From Polyangiaceae bacterium (GTDB lineage: Bacteria; Myxococcota_A; Polyangia; Polyangiales; Polyangiaceae): a stretch of DNA of 64,000 nt. The stretch lies in contig JAWKRG010000003.1 of NCBI GenBank assembly GCA_041389725.1, forward strand, positions 1,222,877 through 1,286,876, in the 5' to 3' direction. This document shows, in pieces, positions 37,998 to 47,536 of the stretch (positions are counted from its first letter, which is position 1; every line of letters starts with the position of its first letter). The notes under the pieces are model-generated. The model ran no database searches. It was given only the letters and a program-made list of their open reading frames with translations, and was not told the origin of the DNA. The position numbers were made by a program, and so were the translations under genes.

Positions 37998-38756
37998 TCA
38001 GCGACGACGGGCGTCGGTGACGGGGTGGGTGCGCTGCGCGAGGCCGCGATTGATGGCCTCGCGGAAGCCTCGCACGGCCTGCTCCAAGCCGACGAAGACG
38101 GCGTCGCTGACCAACGCGTGCCCGATGTTCAGCTCGGCCACGTGATCGATGTGCGCCACGTCCACGACGTTGTGGCGGCTGAGGCCATGCCCCGCAGCGA
38201 CTTCTAGGCCCAGCTCATGGGCTCGACGCGCCCCGACACGCAGTCGCACCAACTGCTCGTTCCGTTCACCGGGGGCAGCATCGCAGTAGCGCCCGGTGTG
38301 GAGCTCTACCTGTCGCGCACCCACGGCGCGACTAGCGGCGATCTGCCGCTCGTCCGCCTCGATGAACAAGCTGAGCTTGATGCCGGCGCGCTCGCACATG
38401 TTGGCCACGTCTTCGATGGCACCGCGGTGCGCCAGGATGTCCAGGCCGCCCTCGGTCGTGCGCTCCTCACGGCGCTCGGGGACCAGAGTGATGACGTCGG
38501 GACGCACTCGCTCGGCGATCTCCGTCATCGCTCGCGTCGCCGCCATTTCCAGGTTCAGCAGCGTGTGGACTCCTTCGCGAAGCCGCGTGACATCTTCGTC
38601 CCGAATGTGGCGGCGGTCTTCGCGCAAGTGACAGGTGATGCCGTCCGCGCCGGCGTGCTCGCAAAGCTGCGCAGCCAAGAGCGGGTCAGGGTAGCGGGTA
38701 CCACGCGCGTTCCGCAGAGTCGCGACGTGGTCCACGTTCACGTGGAATCGGATCAT
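37998..38756 (-). CDS. pdxJ: pyridoxine 5'-phosphate synthase
   Basis: VNVDHVATLRNARG N-terminal signature; GITCHLREDRRHI; start set at MIRFHVNVDH. Confidence 0.85.
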   Translation of the reverse strand: MIRFHVNVDHVATLRNARGTRYPDPLLAAQLCEHAGADGITCHLREDRRHIRDEDVTRLREGVHTLLNLEMAATRAMTEIAERVRPDVITLVPERREERTTEGGLDILAHRGAIEDVANMCERAGIKLSLFIEADERQIAASRAVGARQVELHTGRYCDAAPGERNEQLVRLRVGARRAHELGLEVAAGHGLSRHNVVDVAHIDHVAELNIGHALVSDAVFVGLEQAVRGFREAINRGLAQRTHPVTDARRR

Positions 38757-38769
38757 TGACGTGCTTTCG

Positions 38770-41700
38770 TTACTCGCCGCCGTGGAATTCCCAGTCGGCA
38801 CCAAAGTCCTCGCCCTTGGGTGTGGTCAGGGCTTCTCCGCTCTTGCCGTCCTTGCGCACGATCAGCGTGTGCCGCGTGGCGGTGTCTTCGTTCTCGCGGG
38901 CAACCACCGTGACGACGTTCACGCCAGGGGTGAGTTCCACTTCGAAGTCGATGTTCAGACTCTTTGGATCCGTCCCCTTGCGGTTGGATTGGTAGAAGAC
39001 CTTGCGAGATCCAACGAAGGCGTAGGCATCCAGCACGCGGTCGCCATCCGTCGCCTTGCCCTGAATGCGGACCTTGTCGCCCCGCGTCGACAGCAGGCCC
39101 GGGAGGACCTCGAGCAGCGGGGGAGAACGGCTGAGGGACGGCTCGAGCTTGATCTTGGCGGGTGTACCAGCGGCATCCGTCAAGCGGTCGGAATCCACGA
39201 AACCGAAGCGCGTATCCGAGAGCTTCACCTTGGTGAAGGGGCCGAAGGTGCCCTGACGCGCCAGCAGCGTTCCGGACGGGATCTCGCCGACGACGCGGGA
39301 GTCCGCCAAGGGCTGGCTGCGCACGGGCAGAGCCTTTTGCGCGCGCACGGTGCCCTCGGCCTTGTTGATGAAAGCGCCGTTTCGCGTGATGGGAAAGCTG
39401 ACCTTCTCGTTGGAGACCACCCGCAGATCGCGATCCGAAACGCTGATGTCGACCTTGGCGAAGTTCTCCTGCATCGCACCGGTGACGTCGAAGGTGAACA
39501 TGACCTCGCGGACTTCGCCCGGCTTCATGTTGGAGATGTCGAAGCGGCCAGCGCGGAGCAAGAGGCCATCACCGGTCAGATTGCGTAGGTTGGCCTGAGT
39601 CTCGTAGGAGCGGCCTTTGCCGACGTTCTTGACGGTCAGGTACACAGTGGCGCCCTCGCCTCGCGCGAGCTGGCCGTCACCGTTGCCCGGGCGGTCGTCG
39701 GAGATCTGATAGCTGTAGGCGAAGACGGGACGCGGCAGGCTCTTCACCGTGGGTCGAAGCTCCGCGTCGGACGGGGGCTCGCCGCCTTCGGCGTGGAAGC
39801 GCACCTTCACCACGTCTTGGCGATCCAGGGCGTCCATCGGCAGCTTGCAGCTGCGCTTGGCGTCCGTGGGCAGGGGCTTCGTCGAACCCGGCTTTCGGCC
39901 GTCGATGTCGCACCAGCCGAGGGGCACCGTGGCCGTCTTCGTCTCACCGGGATTGATGCGGCCGAAGATCAGCTCTTTCTCGTCGTAGTAGCCGGTATCG
40001 CTCTTGGTCAGGGCGCGCAGCTGGTAGGCCGGCGTGGCGCCGTTGTTTTTCACACTGACCTTGAGCTGCATCGCCTCGCCCGCGGCCACCGTGTCGCCCT
40101 TGCGGTCGGTCTCGACCTTCACTTCGAAGTCGCCGGCCTTGGGCCCTTCCTTGGCGTCCTTGCCCGGGGCGCTCCAGTCGATCCCCAGCTTGGCCAGGTC
40201 CGCGCTGATCGCGGTGATCTGTGCGTCTTGGCTGCGGTTCAAGAAACTCTGCACTGCCCGCAGTTGGTCGGGGCGCCGCCCGCTTGGCAGCTTGCCAGCC
40301 AAGTCCCGTGCGAAGGCGACGGGGAAGTCCAGCTGGAACTCGTCTTCGACATCACCACCTAGCTCGCGCATCTTTGCGCGCTCGGTCTCGGGCAAGTTGT
40401 AGCGAAGCTTGAAGTAGGGGCGGTCGCTCGAGCGCTTGGCCGCTCCGGTCAGCGACTTGGAGAGATCTCGCTCCTTCATCGGGCTCTCTTCGCTGAAGAG
40501 GTCCATCTCGAGGATGTCCGCCGTCATCGGGTCGAGTTGCACGTCGGGAGTCACACCGACGCCCTGAATCGAAACGTCGCCGGGCGTCAGGTACTGCGCG
40601 ATGGTGAGCTTCAAGGCCGCGCCGTCGGGGGTCACTCGCGGGAAGACCAGCTGCACGCTGCCCTTGCCAAAGGTCGTCTGCCCCACCAACACGGAGCGAT
40701 CGAGGTTCTTGAGGGCGCCGGCCACGATCTCGCTGGCGCTGGCGCTGGAGCCACTGATCAGCACCACGATGGGGTAGTTGGGCTGCGTGTCACGGCGGGT
40801 GGCTTTCTTTTCCTCGCGGCCTTCGCTGGCGCCGACGGTGGCCACAATCACGCCGGAATCCAGAAAGCGATCCGCGACCTTGGCTGCCTGATCCAAGAGC
40901 CCACCGGGGTTGCCGCGCAGATCCAACACCAATCCCTTGAGCCGCTCGTTCTTGCTGAGCTCGTTCAATGCGGCTTCCAGCTCGTCGTCGGTGCTCTGCT
41001 GAAACTGCTTGATGCGCACGTAGCCGATGCCTGAGCCCAAGGCCCTGGAATCGATGCTGCGAATGCGGATCTCTTCGCGCGTGAGTTCAAAGGGGCGAGA
41101 GCCTTGCCAGCCATCCTTGCCGTCACGGTGAATCCAGATTGTCACCTTGCTGCCGGGCTTGCCGCGCAGGCGCTTCACGGCATCATCCAGCGGCATGTTC
41201 AGCGTGGACTCGTTGTTGATCTTGGTGATCCGGTCCAGGCGCTTGAGTCCGGCGCGCCCCGCGGGCGTGTCCGGCATGGGTCGCATGATGGTGAGCATCT
41301 GGTCACGAATCGAAATCACGATGCCCAGACCACCAAAGTGACCCGAGGTGGAGAGGTTCATCTCTCGGTACGCTTCGGGAGACAGGAAGATGCTGTGGGG
41401 GTCGAGGGTGCGCAGGATGCCGTTGCAGGCGGCGTACTCCACCTCACGCAGGTCGACTTCGGTGTCCTTCAGATGCTTCTGCAGGAAGACGAACACCTCG
41501 CGCAGTCGCGCAGCCACGTCCCAGGGCCCCTGGACGTTGTCCACGCGGAACTCCTGCTGCTCGGTCTCCACGCGTACGACCACCGTCGGCGACTTCTCGG
41601 CGTGAGTGATGATGACTTGCGCGACTTCCTTCTGCACTTGGTTGAGCGCGTTGAGGAACATCTGCTGCGGGCTGACTCGCGACGGCTCCACGTACTTGTC

Positions 41701-41904
41701 GCGAATCGTCTTGAGGGTCTCGTTGACCGCCTGCAGCTGAGTCAGGTCGTAGGGCGCCTTGGTTTGACCAGGAGCCGTCACGGCGTGCGCGGCTTCGAGT
41801 CCCCGCCACAAGCCACCCGTGCCAAAGTTGATGGCAAAGTACGAGGCGAGCGCGAACACGCTCAACAGCACCAACGCTCGCCCGACTCGTTCGAGGATTC
41901 GCAT
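38770..41904 (-). CDS. S41 family C-terminal processing peptidase (tail-specific protease-like) with PDZ domain and long C-terminal beta-rich extension
   Basis: N-terminal TM anchor; PDZ (GGLGIVISIRD); S41 catalytic core (LVLDLRGNPGG, TFGKGSVQ); 1044 aa. Confidence 0.85.
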   Translation of the reverse strand: MRILERVGRALVLLSVFALASYFAINFGTGGLWRGLEAAHAVTAPGQTKAPYDLTQLQAVNETLKTIRDKYVEPSRVSPQQMFLNALNQVQKEVAQVIITHAEKSPTVVVRVETEQQEFRVDNVQGPWDVAARLREVFVFLQKHLKDTEVDLREVEYAACNGILRTLDPHSIFLSPEAYREMNLSTSGHFGGLGIVISIRDQMLTIMRPMPDTPAGRAGLKRLDRITKINNESTLNMPLDDAVKRLRGKPGSKVTIWIHRDGKDGWQGSRPFELTREEIRIRSIDSRALGSGIGYVRIKQFQQSTDDELEAALNELSKNERLKGLVLDLRGNPGGLLDQAAKVADRFLDSGVIVATVGASEGREEKKATRRDTQPNYPIVVLISGSSASASEIVAGALKNLDRSVLVGQTTFGKGSVQLVFPRVTPDGAALKLTIAQYLTPGDVSIQGVGVTPDVQLDPMTADILEMDLFSEESPMKERDLSKSLTGAAKRSSDRPYFKLRYNLPETERAKMRELGGDVEDEFQLDFPVAFARDLAGKLPSGRRPDQLRAVQSFLNRSQDAQITAISADLAKLGIDWSAPGKDAKEGPKAGDFEVKVETDRKGDTVAAGEAMQLKVSVKNNGATPAYQLRALTKSDTGYYDEKELIFGRINPGETKTATVPLGWCDIDGRKPGSTKPLPTDAKRSCKLPMDALDRQDVVKVRFHAEGGEPPSDAELRPTVKSLPRPVFAYSYQISDDRPGNGDGQLARGEGATVYLTVKNVGKGRSYETQANLRNLTGDGLLLRAGRFDISNMKPGEVREVMFTFDVTGAMQENFAKVDISVSDRDLRVVSNEKVSFPITRNGAFINKAEGTVRAQKALPVRSQPLADSRVVGEIPSGTLLARQGTFGPFTKVKLSDTRFGFVDSDRLTDAAGTPAKIKLEPSLSRSPPLLEVLPGLLSTRGDKVRIQGKATDGDRVLDAYAFVGSRKVFYQSNRKGTDPKSLNIDFEVELTPGVNVVTVVARENEDTATRHTLIVRKDGKSGEALTTPKGEDFGADWEFHGGE

Positions 41905-41977
41905 CGTCAGGCAGTATAGAACGAGCTAGGCAGCTGAACAGCCGTCGTACACGCCGCGGGCAAAGCCAGGGAAATTG

Positions 41978-43156
41978 TCACGGCTTGGGCGCGCGTGCAC
42001 CACCGGCCCCCGCGGACGCACCACCCGAAGTAGCGACGCTGGGCGTCGGCTGCGGGTCGGCCACCTCCACCTTGGGAGCGGTCTCACCTTGCTTGATCGA
42101 ATAGCGAACCAACGCGCGAAGCGTTTTGTTCCGCTCCACGTTGCCGAGGACCACTTTTAGATCCTCGTAGACCGAGGGATCCACGAGTAGGGCGCCCACC
42201 GTGCCCTTGCCCCGACGAACGTCCGCCACGATCTGGCGCAAGTCTTTGCTCATGGCGTTGAGGTTGCCCATGATCTGCTGCGTCTGGTCGTCGCCGTAGA
42301 TGACGCTCCGCGCGATGCCGTTGCCCTGGCGTACCCCCTTCAGAGTGAGCGCCAGCTCCTCCGCGGCAGAGCCGAACTGGGCCACGCTCTTCGCGGACTG
42401 CTCGCCATACACGACCTCGTGGACCAGGCCAGGCCCCGTCTCCACCCGTCGCACGATGGAATTGACACCGGATAGGGTGCGATTGAGCTGGGACGACGTC
42501 TGCTCCAGATTGGTCAGGGCACGGGAGAGCTTCTGCGCTTCAGCGGGGTCGTTGAGGATCTTGGAGGCGTAGCCGTCTCCCTTGTCCACGGACTGCAGGA
42601 TGTTGTTCAGGGAGTGGACCGTCCCCTTCAGGTCCTTGGTGAATTGATCGTCGGCAAGGGCAGACGTGGTCCGCTCCAAGTTGTCGACGATCTTCTCGGC
42701 CTTGTCCCCGATGCCGCTGAGCTTGGCCATGGCGGCTTCCAGGTTGCTGGACGCCTTCGAGGGGATCGTGCCCCCGGCCTCGATCGGATTCTTGCTCGGA
42801 TCCCCCGCGGTGATGACGAGCATCTTGTCGCCCAACAGGCCCTTGCCCTCGATGCTGACCACGCTGTCTTCGCGAATCCGCCGCGACTCGTCTCGCACCA
42901 CGCTGATCGTCACGTAGAGCTTGAGGTCCGCGGGGTCCTTCGAATAGCGAACCCCCGTCACGCTTCCAACGTCCACGCCACCCATGCGCGCGGTCGAACC
43001 GGTCTTCAAGCCCTGCACGTCCTCGAAGACGGCCTGAAACTCCACCTTGGGCTCGAACAATGAGCGTTCGTCGCCGATCAGGAAGACGACGATTCCCGTC
43101 ACCACGAGGCCCAGTAAGACGAATGCCCCGACTTTGATGTCTTGCTTGGACGCCAT
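41978..43156 (-). CDS. mlaD: MCE/MlaD-family ABC transporter periplasmic component
   Basis: N-terminal TM helix; MCE domain (KVEFQAVFEDVQGLKTGSTARMGGVDVGSVTGV); long helical C-terminal region. Confidence 0.75.
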   Translation of the reverse strand: MASKQDIKVGAFVLLGLVVTGIVVFLIGDERSLFEPKVEFQAVFEDVQGLKTGSTARMGGVDVGSVTGVRYSKDPADLKLYVTISVVRDESRRIREDSVVSIEGKGLLGDKMLVITAGDPSKNPIEAGGTIPSKASSNLEAAMAKLSGIGDKAEKIVDNLERTTSALADDQFTKDLKGTVHSLNNILQSVDKGDGYASKILNDPAEAQKLSRALTNLEQTSSQLNRTLSGVNSIVRRVETGPGLVHEVVYGEQSAKSVAQFGSAAEELALTLKGVRQGNGIARSVIYGDDQTQQIMGNLNAMSKDLRQIVADVRRGKGTVGALLVDPSVYEDLKVVLGNVERNKTLRALVRYSIKQGETAPKVEVADPQPTPSVATSGGASAGAGGARAPKP

Positions 43157-43241
43157 GCTCGAAGTGCTCTCTTTAGCCTAGTCGTTGGTCGCCAATTCGC
43201 AATCGCTGTGACAATTGCAGCCAGAATTGGCGGAACCGCGC

Positions 43242-44024
43242 TCAGCCGCTGGTCAGCAGGGTTTCGACGCTCTCCTGCACCGGAGCGCGCCCCTCGATGA
43301 AGTCGCTGACACGTGGATCCTTCGATGCCTGGAATTGCTCTACGGTGCCTTCGGCGATGATTCGCCCCGAGTGCACCATGGCGATCCGGTCACTGATGGA
43401 AAACGCGCTTCTCATGTCGTGGGTGACGACCACGCTCGTGATGTTGAGCCGCTCTTGCAGGCCCATGATCAGGTGATTCACCCGCGCCGTGTTGATTGGG
43501 TCGAGGCCCGTGGTCGGTTCGTCGTAGAGCAACACCTCGGGGTGGACCGCGATGGCGCGGGCAAGCGCCACGCGCTTGCGCATCCCGCCGGACAGATCTG
43601 CCGGCCACATCAGCTCGATACCGGGCAGCCCGACTAGCCCGAGGGCCCACGCGACGCGGTCGGAGATGTCCTTCTTGCTCATGGTGTAGCGGAAGTGTTC
43701 CTCGAGGCCGTAGGCCACGTTGTCTTCCACCGTCAGCGAGTCGAACAGCGCGCCCGCCTGAAACAGCATGGCAATGCGGCGACGCACGTGGCTCAGCTTG
43801 TCTTCACTCAGCCCCACGACTTCTTTGCCGTCGAAGACGATGCTCCCCCGATCCGGAATCAACAGGCCGATCAGCATCTTGAGCATGACGCTCTTGCCCA
43901 CCCCGGAGCCGCCGACGATGGTCATCACTTCCCCACGACGGATCTGGAAGTTCAAACCGCGGTAGACGACCTTCGGGCCGAAGGCCTTGACCACGTTGGT
44001 GAACCGGATGAGGGGCTCCGACAT
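43242..44024 (-). CDS. mlaF: ABC transporter ATP-binding protein, MlaF/Ttg2A-like
   Basis: Walker A GGSGVGKS; signature LSGGMRKRVALARA; Walker B LLYDEPTTGLD; 260 aa. Confidence 0.85.
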   Translation of the reverse strand: MSEPLIRFTNVVKAFGPKVVYRGLNFQIRRGEVMTIVGGSGVGKSVMLKMLIGLLIPDRGSIVFDGKEVVGLSEDKLSHVRRRIAMLFQAGALFDSLTVEDNVAYGLEEHFRYTMSKKDISDRVAWALGLVGLPGIELMWPADLSGGMRKRVALARAIAVHPEVLLYDEPTTGLDPINTARVNHLIMGLQERLNITSVVVTHDMRSAFSISDRIAMVHSGRIIAEGTVEQFQASKDPRVSDFIEGRAPVQESVETLLTSG

Positions 44025-44145
44025 CCGCGGGAAGGATGGACGAGGCCGGGCGCGGGTTCAAAGGACAAAAAGCCTGCGGACTGAGGTGCTGAAACCCTGC
44101 CGGAATGGGTCCGGCGAGGCGCTGTGATACGATTGTTCGCACTGA

Positions 44146-45168
44146 ATGCGTCCATGGGCGGCAATCGCGGCGGCTAGCCTTCTGATGGGAGCGTGTACTC
44201 TGCTCGGCCCATCGGACGCGGATCTCGTCGGGGGCGACGGCGCCGACGCGTCGGCCGGGGGCGGAACGAACACCGGCGGCATCGCGGGAAGCGACGGCAG
44301 CGTCGGCGGCAACTCCGGTGCGAGCGCAAGCGGCGGCTCCGGCGGAAGCTCGGGTGTGAGCGGAAGCGGCGGTGCGAGCAGCGGAGGCGCCTCCGGTGCG
44401 AGCGGCATGGGCGCAACGGGGGGCGCGGGCGGCGCGGGCGGCGCGGCCAGCGGCGGAACGGGCGGCAGCGGAACCGGCGGCAGCCCTTCGATTCCAACGC
44501 AGAGTCTCGTGCTGTGGCTCCGAGGCGACAGCGGAGTGCAGACCGAGTCGGGCGGTGTCGTGAACTCCTGGCAGGACCAATCGGGAAGCGGGAATCACGC
44601 AGTCCAAGCGACTGCCGCGGCGAAGCCCACGCTGGGCAGCTTGAATGGTTTGCCCGCCATCGACTTCGATGGAGTCGACGACCATCTCGTCCTTCCCGTC
44701 GCGAGCTTGAACTTCTCGCAGGGGCTCACCTTCTTCGCGATAACGAAATCGACGACGAGTACGGGTTGCCCTGCGATCCTGCAACTGTCGAACGGCGACG
44801 AGATCGACGACATCTCGTTCCAACGCGACTACCAGACGCAGTTCTTGTACGAGGTGTCGACGGAGTACTTCGGCACACTGCCCAACTCCTACCCGATTGC
44901 GACGACGAACATGGCAACTGTCGTACACTCGCTCACGGGCAACGCTTCCATCTTGTTGCAGGGGGTGAACGCTGCCGGCGCCCTGCAAGGGCTACCCGCT
45001 TCCAAGCAGCGCAGCCAGAACTACGTCGGCCGGGGGATCTACTCGGCCTGCGCCGGAATGCACCACGGGCTCATCGCCGAGATCTTGCTCTACACGCGAG
45101 CGCTGGCCATCGCGGAGCAAAACCAGGTCCACGCCTACCTCCAGTCCAAGTGGAGCTGCTGTTCGTGA
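44146..45168 (+). CDS. lipoprotein with Gly/Ser linker and LamG-like (concanavalin-type) jelly-roll domain
   Basis: MRPWAAIAAASLLMGACT lipobox; GGSG linker; LamG-like region (LVLWLRGDSG, DGVDDHLVLP, FFAITKS); the stop overlaps the kinase GTG. Confidence 0.65.
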   Translation: MRPWAAIAAASLLMGACTLLGPSDADLVGGDGADASAGGGTNTGGIAGSDGSVGGNSGASASGGSGGSSGVSGSGGASSGGASGASGMGATGGAGGAGGAASGGTGGSGTGGSPSIPTQSLVLWLRGDSGVQTESGGVVNSWQDQSGSGNHAVQATAAAKPTLGSLNGLPAIDFDGVDDHLVLPVASLNFSQGLTFFAITKSTTSTGCPAILQLSNGDEIDDISFQRDYQTQFLYEVSTEYFGTLPNSYPIATTNMATVVHSLTGNASILLQGVNAAGALQGLPASKQRSQNYVGRGIYSACAGMHHGLIAEILLYTRALAIAEQNQVHAYLQSKWSCCS

Positions 45169-46661
45169 CAACCCCAGAACCCACTAGCGCAAAGGGCCCG
45201 CGCGCGCCGCGCGCGGTGGGGCGGTACCTGCTGTTCGACGAGATCGCCTCGGGTGGGATGGCCACGGTGCATCTCGGTCGCTTGGTGGGGCCGGCAGGCT
45301 TTTCCAGAACCGTCGCCATCAAGCGCCTACATCCGCAGTACGCGAAGGACCCAGACTTCGTCGCGATGTTCTTGGACGAGGCACGCCTGGCGGCGCGCAT
45401 TCGCCACCCCAACGTGGTGTCCACCTTGGACATCGTTCAGGAAGATGACGAGCTGTTCCTGGTCATGGACTACGTACAGGGCGAAGCGCTGTCTCGCTTG
45501 ATACGTTCGGTTGCCATCCGGAAGGAGCAGGTCCCCCCCGAGATCGCCATCGCGATCTGCAGCCAGCTGCTACTCGGACTGCACGCTGCGCACGAGGCCA
45601 AGGACGAGCATGGGCAGCCACTGGGTATCGTGCATCGTGACGTGTCGCCGCAAAACGTTCTGGTTGGCGTCGACGGGGCGAGTCACGTGGTGGACTTTGG
45701 CGTCGCCAAGGCTGCGGCCCGCGTGCACACGACTCAGGACGGCGCCATCAAAGGCAAGATCGCCTACATGGCACCCGAGCAGGTGCGTCAGCTCGGGGTC
45801 GACCGCCGAACGGATGTGTTCTCGGCGTCGGTCGTGACCTGGGAGACCCTCACGGGTAAGCGCCTGTTTGCTACTGACGATGTCGCCGCCACGATCACGC
45901 GTGTGCTGGCGGAACGGGTGATTCCCCCCAGCACGCTCGTGCCCGGGCTGCCCGCAGCCGTCGACACCGTGATCCTTCGGGGCCTCAGTCGCAACCCGGA
46001 CGACCGCTATACAACTGCCCGAGAGATGGCGCGCGAGCTGCAGGCATCGATGACGCCAGCGAGCGCCATCGTCGTCGGCGAATGGGTCGAGAAGATCGCG
46101 GCGCAGGTCCTGCAAGAAAGAGCGCAGCGCGTCTCGGACGTCGAAAGCCAGTCCACGTCCGCAAGCATTCCCCACGCCATGGTGACACGCTCTGACCGCG
46201 CCAGTGTCGACCGCGTGGAGGGCAGTGCAAAGACGGACCTGTCGAGTGCAGTGTCCCTTTCCGAGGGCCGCACCCAACAAACGCGCCGGCTACTGGTCGC
46301 GACAGCCCTCGCCGTGGTGTTGCTGCTCGTCGGCGGGGTGTGGCTGCTGGGTAGATCCAGCGGGAGCGAACTAGTCGCGGCAGGCTCTGCTGACGTTCCT
46401 CCAATGAAGAGCAGCGCTCCCGTGCCATCTGCAATCGCGCAACCAAACCTCGTCCCAGCTGTGACGAGCGCTCCGCCGCCCGTGCCTCCGGTCGCAAGCT
46501 CCGCCGCGGCGGATACACCGGCCCCGGCACCCATTCGAAAGCCCGCGGTCGTCGCTCCCAGACCCACGCCCAAGCCGGTCGCAAAGCCCGCTGCCAACTG
46601 CAATCCGCCCTATTCTCTGAATCCCGACGGTTCAAAGCGATTCAAACCGGAGTGCTTCTGA
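45165..46661 (+). CDS. Hanks-type serine/threonine protein kinase with C-terminal TM and Pro-rich periplasmic tail
   Basis: GTG 45165 overlaps the upstream TGA (GTGA); GxGxxG-like LFDEIASGGMATV; VAIK; HRDVSPQNVL; DFG; APE; C-terminal TM helix (LLVATALAVVLLLVGGVWLL). Confidence 0.85.
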   Translation: MTTPEPTSAKGPRAPRAVGRYLLFDEIASGGMATVHLGRLVGPAGFSRTVAIKRLHPQYAKDPDFVAMFLDEARLAARIRHPNVVSTLDIVQEDDELFLVMDYVQGEALSRLIRSVAIRKEQVPPEIAIAICSQLLLGLHAAHEAKDEHGQPLGIVHRDVSPQNVLVGVDGASHVVDFGVAKAAARVHTTQDGAIKGKIAYMAPEQVRQLGVDRRTDVFSASVVTWETLTGKRLFATDDVAATITRVLAERVIPPSTLVPGLPAAVDTVILRGLSRNPDDRYTTAREMARELQASMTPASAIVVGEWVEKIAAQVLQERAQRVSDVESQSTSASIPHAMVTRSDRASVDRVEGSAKTDLSSAVSLSEGRTQQTRRLLVATALAVVLLLVGGVWLLGRSSGSELVAAGSADVPPMKSSAPVPSAIAQPNLVPAVTSAPPPVPPVASSAAADTPAPAPIRKPAVVAPRPTPKPVAKPAANCNPPYSLNPDGSKRFKPECF

Positions 46662-47536
46662 TGCGCTGGCCCCAAGTCTGCACCAGTCTTTGCGCCGCTG
46701 CGGCGCTCGCTGCCACTGCCCATTCCGCGCTCGCGATTGGCAAGGCGGAGTGCATTGCTGCCAACGACCAGGGCAACAACCTCCGCCAAGGCGGCAAACT
46801 CATGGCTTCCAAGGCGGAGTACTTGAAGTGCGCCGACGCTGCGTGCCCTGCTGCCATCCGTGAAGAGTGCGCGCAACGTGTCAGCGCCGTGGAGGCGAGC
46901 CTGCCAACCATCGTGGTCGCCATTCTAGACGCGCAGGGCAAGGACGTGACGGACGCCACCGTGTGGGTAGACGACGCAAAGGTAGCCGACACGGTAGATG
47001 GGCGCGCGCAGCCTGTTGATCCTGGCGCACACCGACTTCGAATCGAAACGAGCGACGGCAAGAGCAAGGAACTGGCGTTCGTCGCCCGTCAGGGCGAAAA
47101 AAATCGGACCCTCGCGGTCAAACTAGAAGCAGAGGCTGGAACCCCGCCCGAAGCAGCGCCCCTCACGAAACCCAAGCCTGCCGAGACCGAAGCCGACAGC
47201 GGGCAGAGCTCGGCAGGCCCCCTACCCTGGGTCTTTGCCGGCTTTGGCGTTGTGGCCCTAGGTTCCTTCACGTACTTCGCCCTCTCCGGCAAGTCCGATC
47301 AGAACGATCTGGAATCGCGCTGCGCCCCCAACTGCAAGCAGTCCGAGGCAGACTCATTGAATCAGAAGTATCTGATCGCCGACATCTCACTGGGAGTCGC
47401 GGTGCTGTCCCTCGGGGCGGCGACGTATTTCTTCCTGTCCTCAGGCTCCACCGAGCCGGCAAAGGGAGGAGACATCGGGTTTGGGATGCAGCCGACCCGA
47501 GGCGGCGTCGCCCTCGGTGCGCGCGGAAGCTTCTAG
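46661..47536 (+). CDS. membrane protein, unknown function (signal peptide plus C-terminal TM helices)
   Basis: ATG 46661 overlaps the kinase stop (TGATG); signal MRWPQVCTSLCAAAALAATAHSALA; two predicted C-terminal TM helices. Confidence 0.5.
   Translation: MRWPQVCTSLCAAAALAATAHSALAIGKAECIAANDQGNNLRQGGKLMASKAEYLKCADAACPAAIREECAQRVSAVEASLPTIVVAILDAQGKDVTDATVWVDDAKVADTVDGRAQPVDPGAHRLRIETSDGKSKELAFVARQGEKNRTLAVKLEAEAGTPPEAAPLTKPKPAETEADSGQSSAGPLPWVFAGFGVVALGSFTYFALSGKSDQNDLESRCAPNCKQSEADSLNQKYLIADISLGVAVLSLGAATYFFLSSGSTEPAKGGDIGFGMQPTRGGVALGARGSF

Noticed and set aside
43804-44988. 394-aa minus-strand ORF
   Set aside because: Antisense to the LamG lipoprotein gene and to part of the mlaF upstream region. 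No domain.
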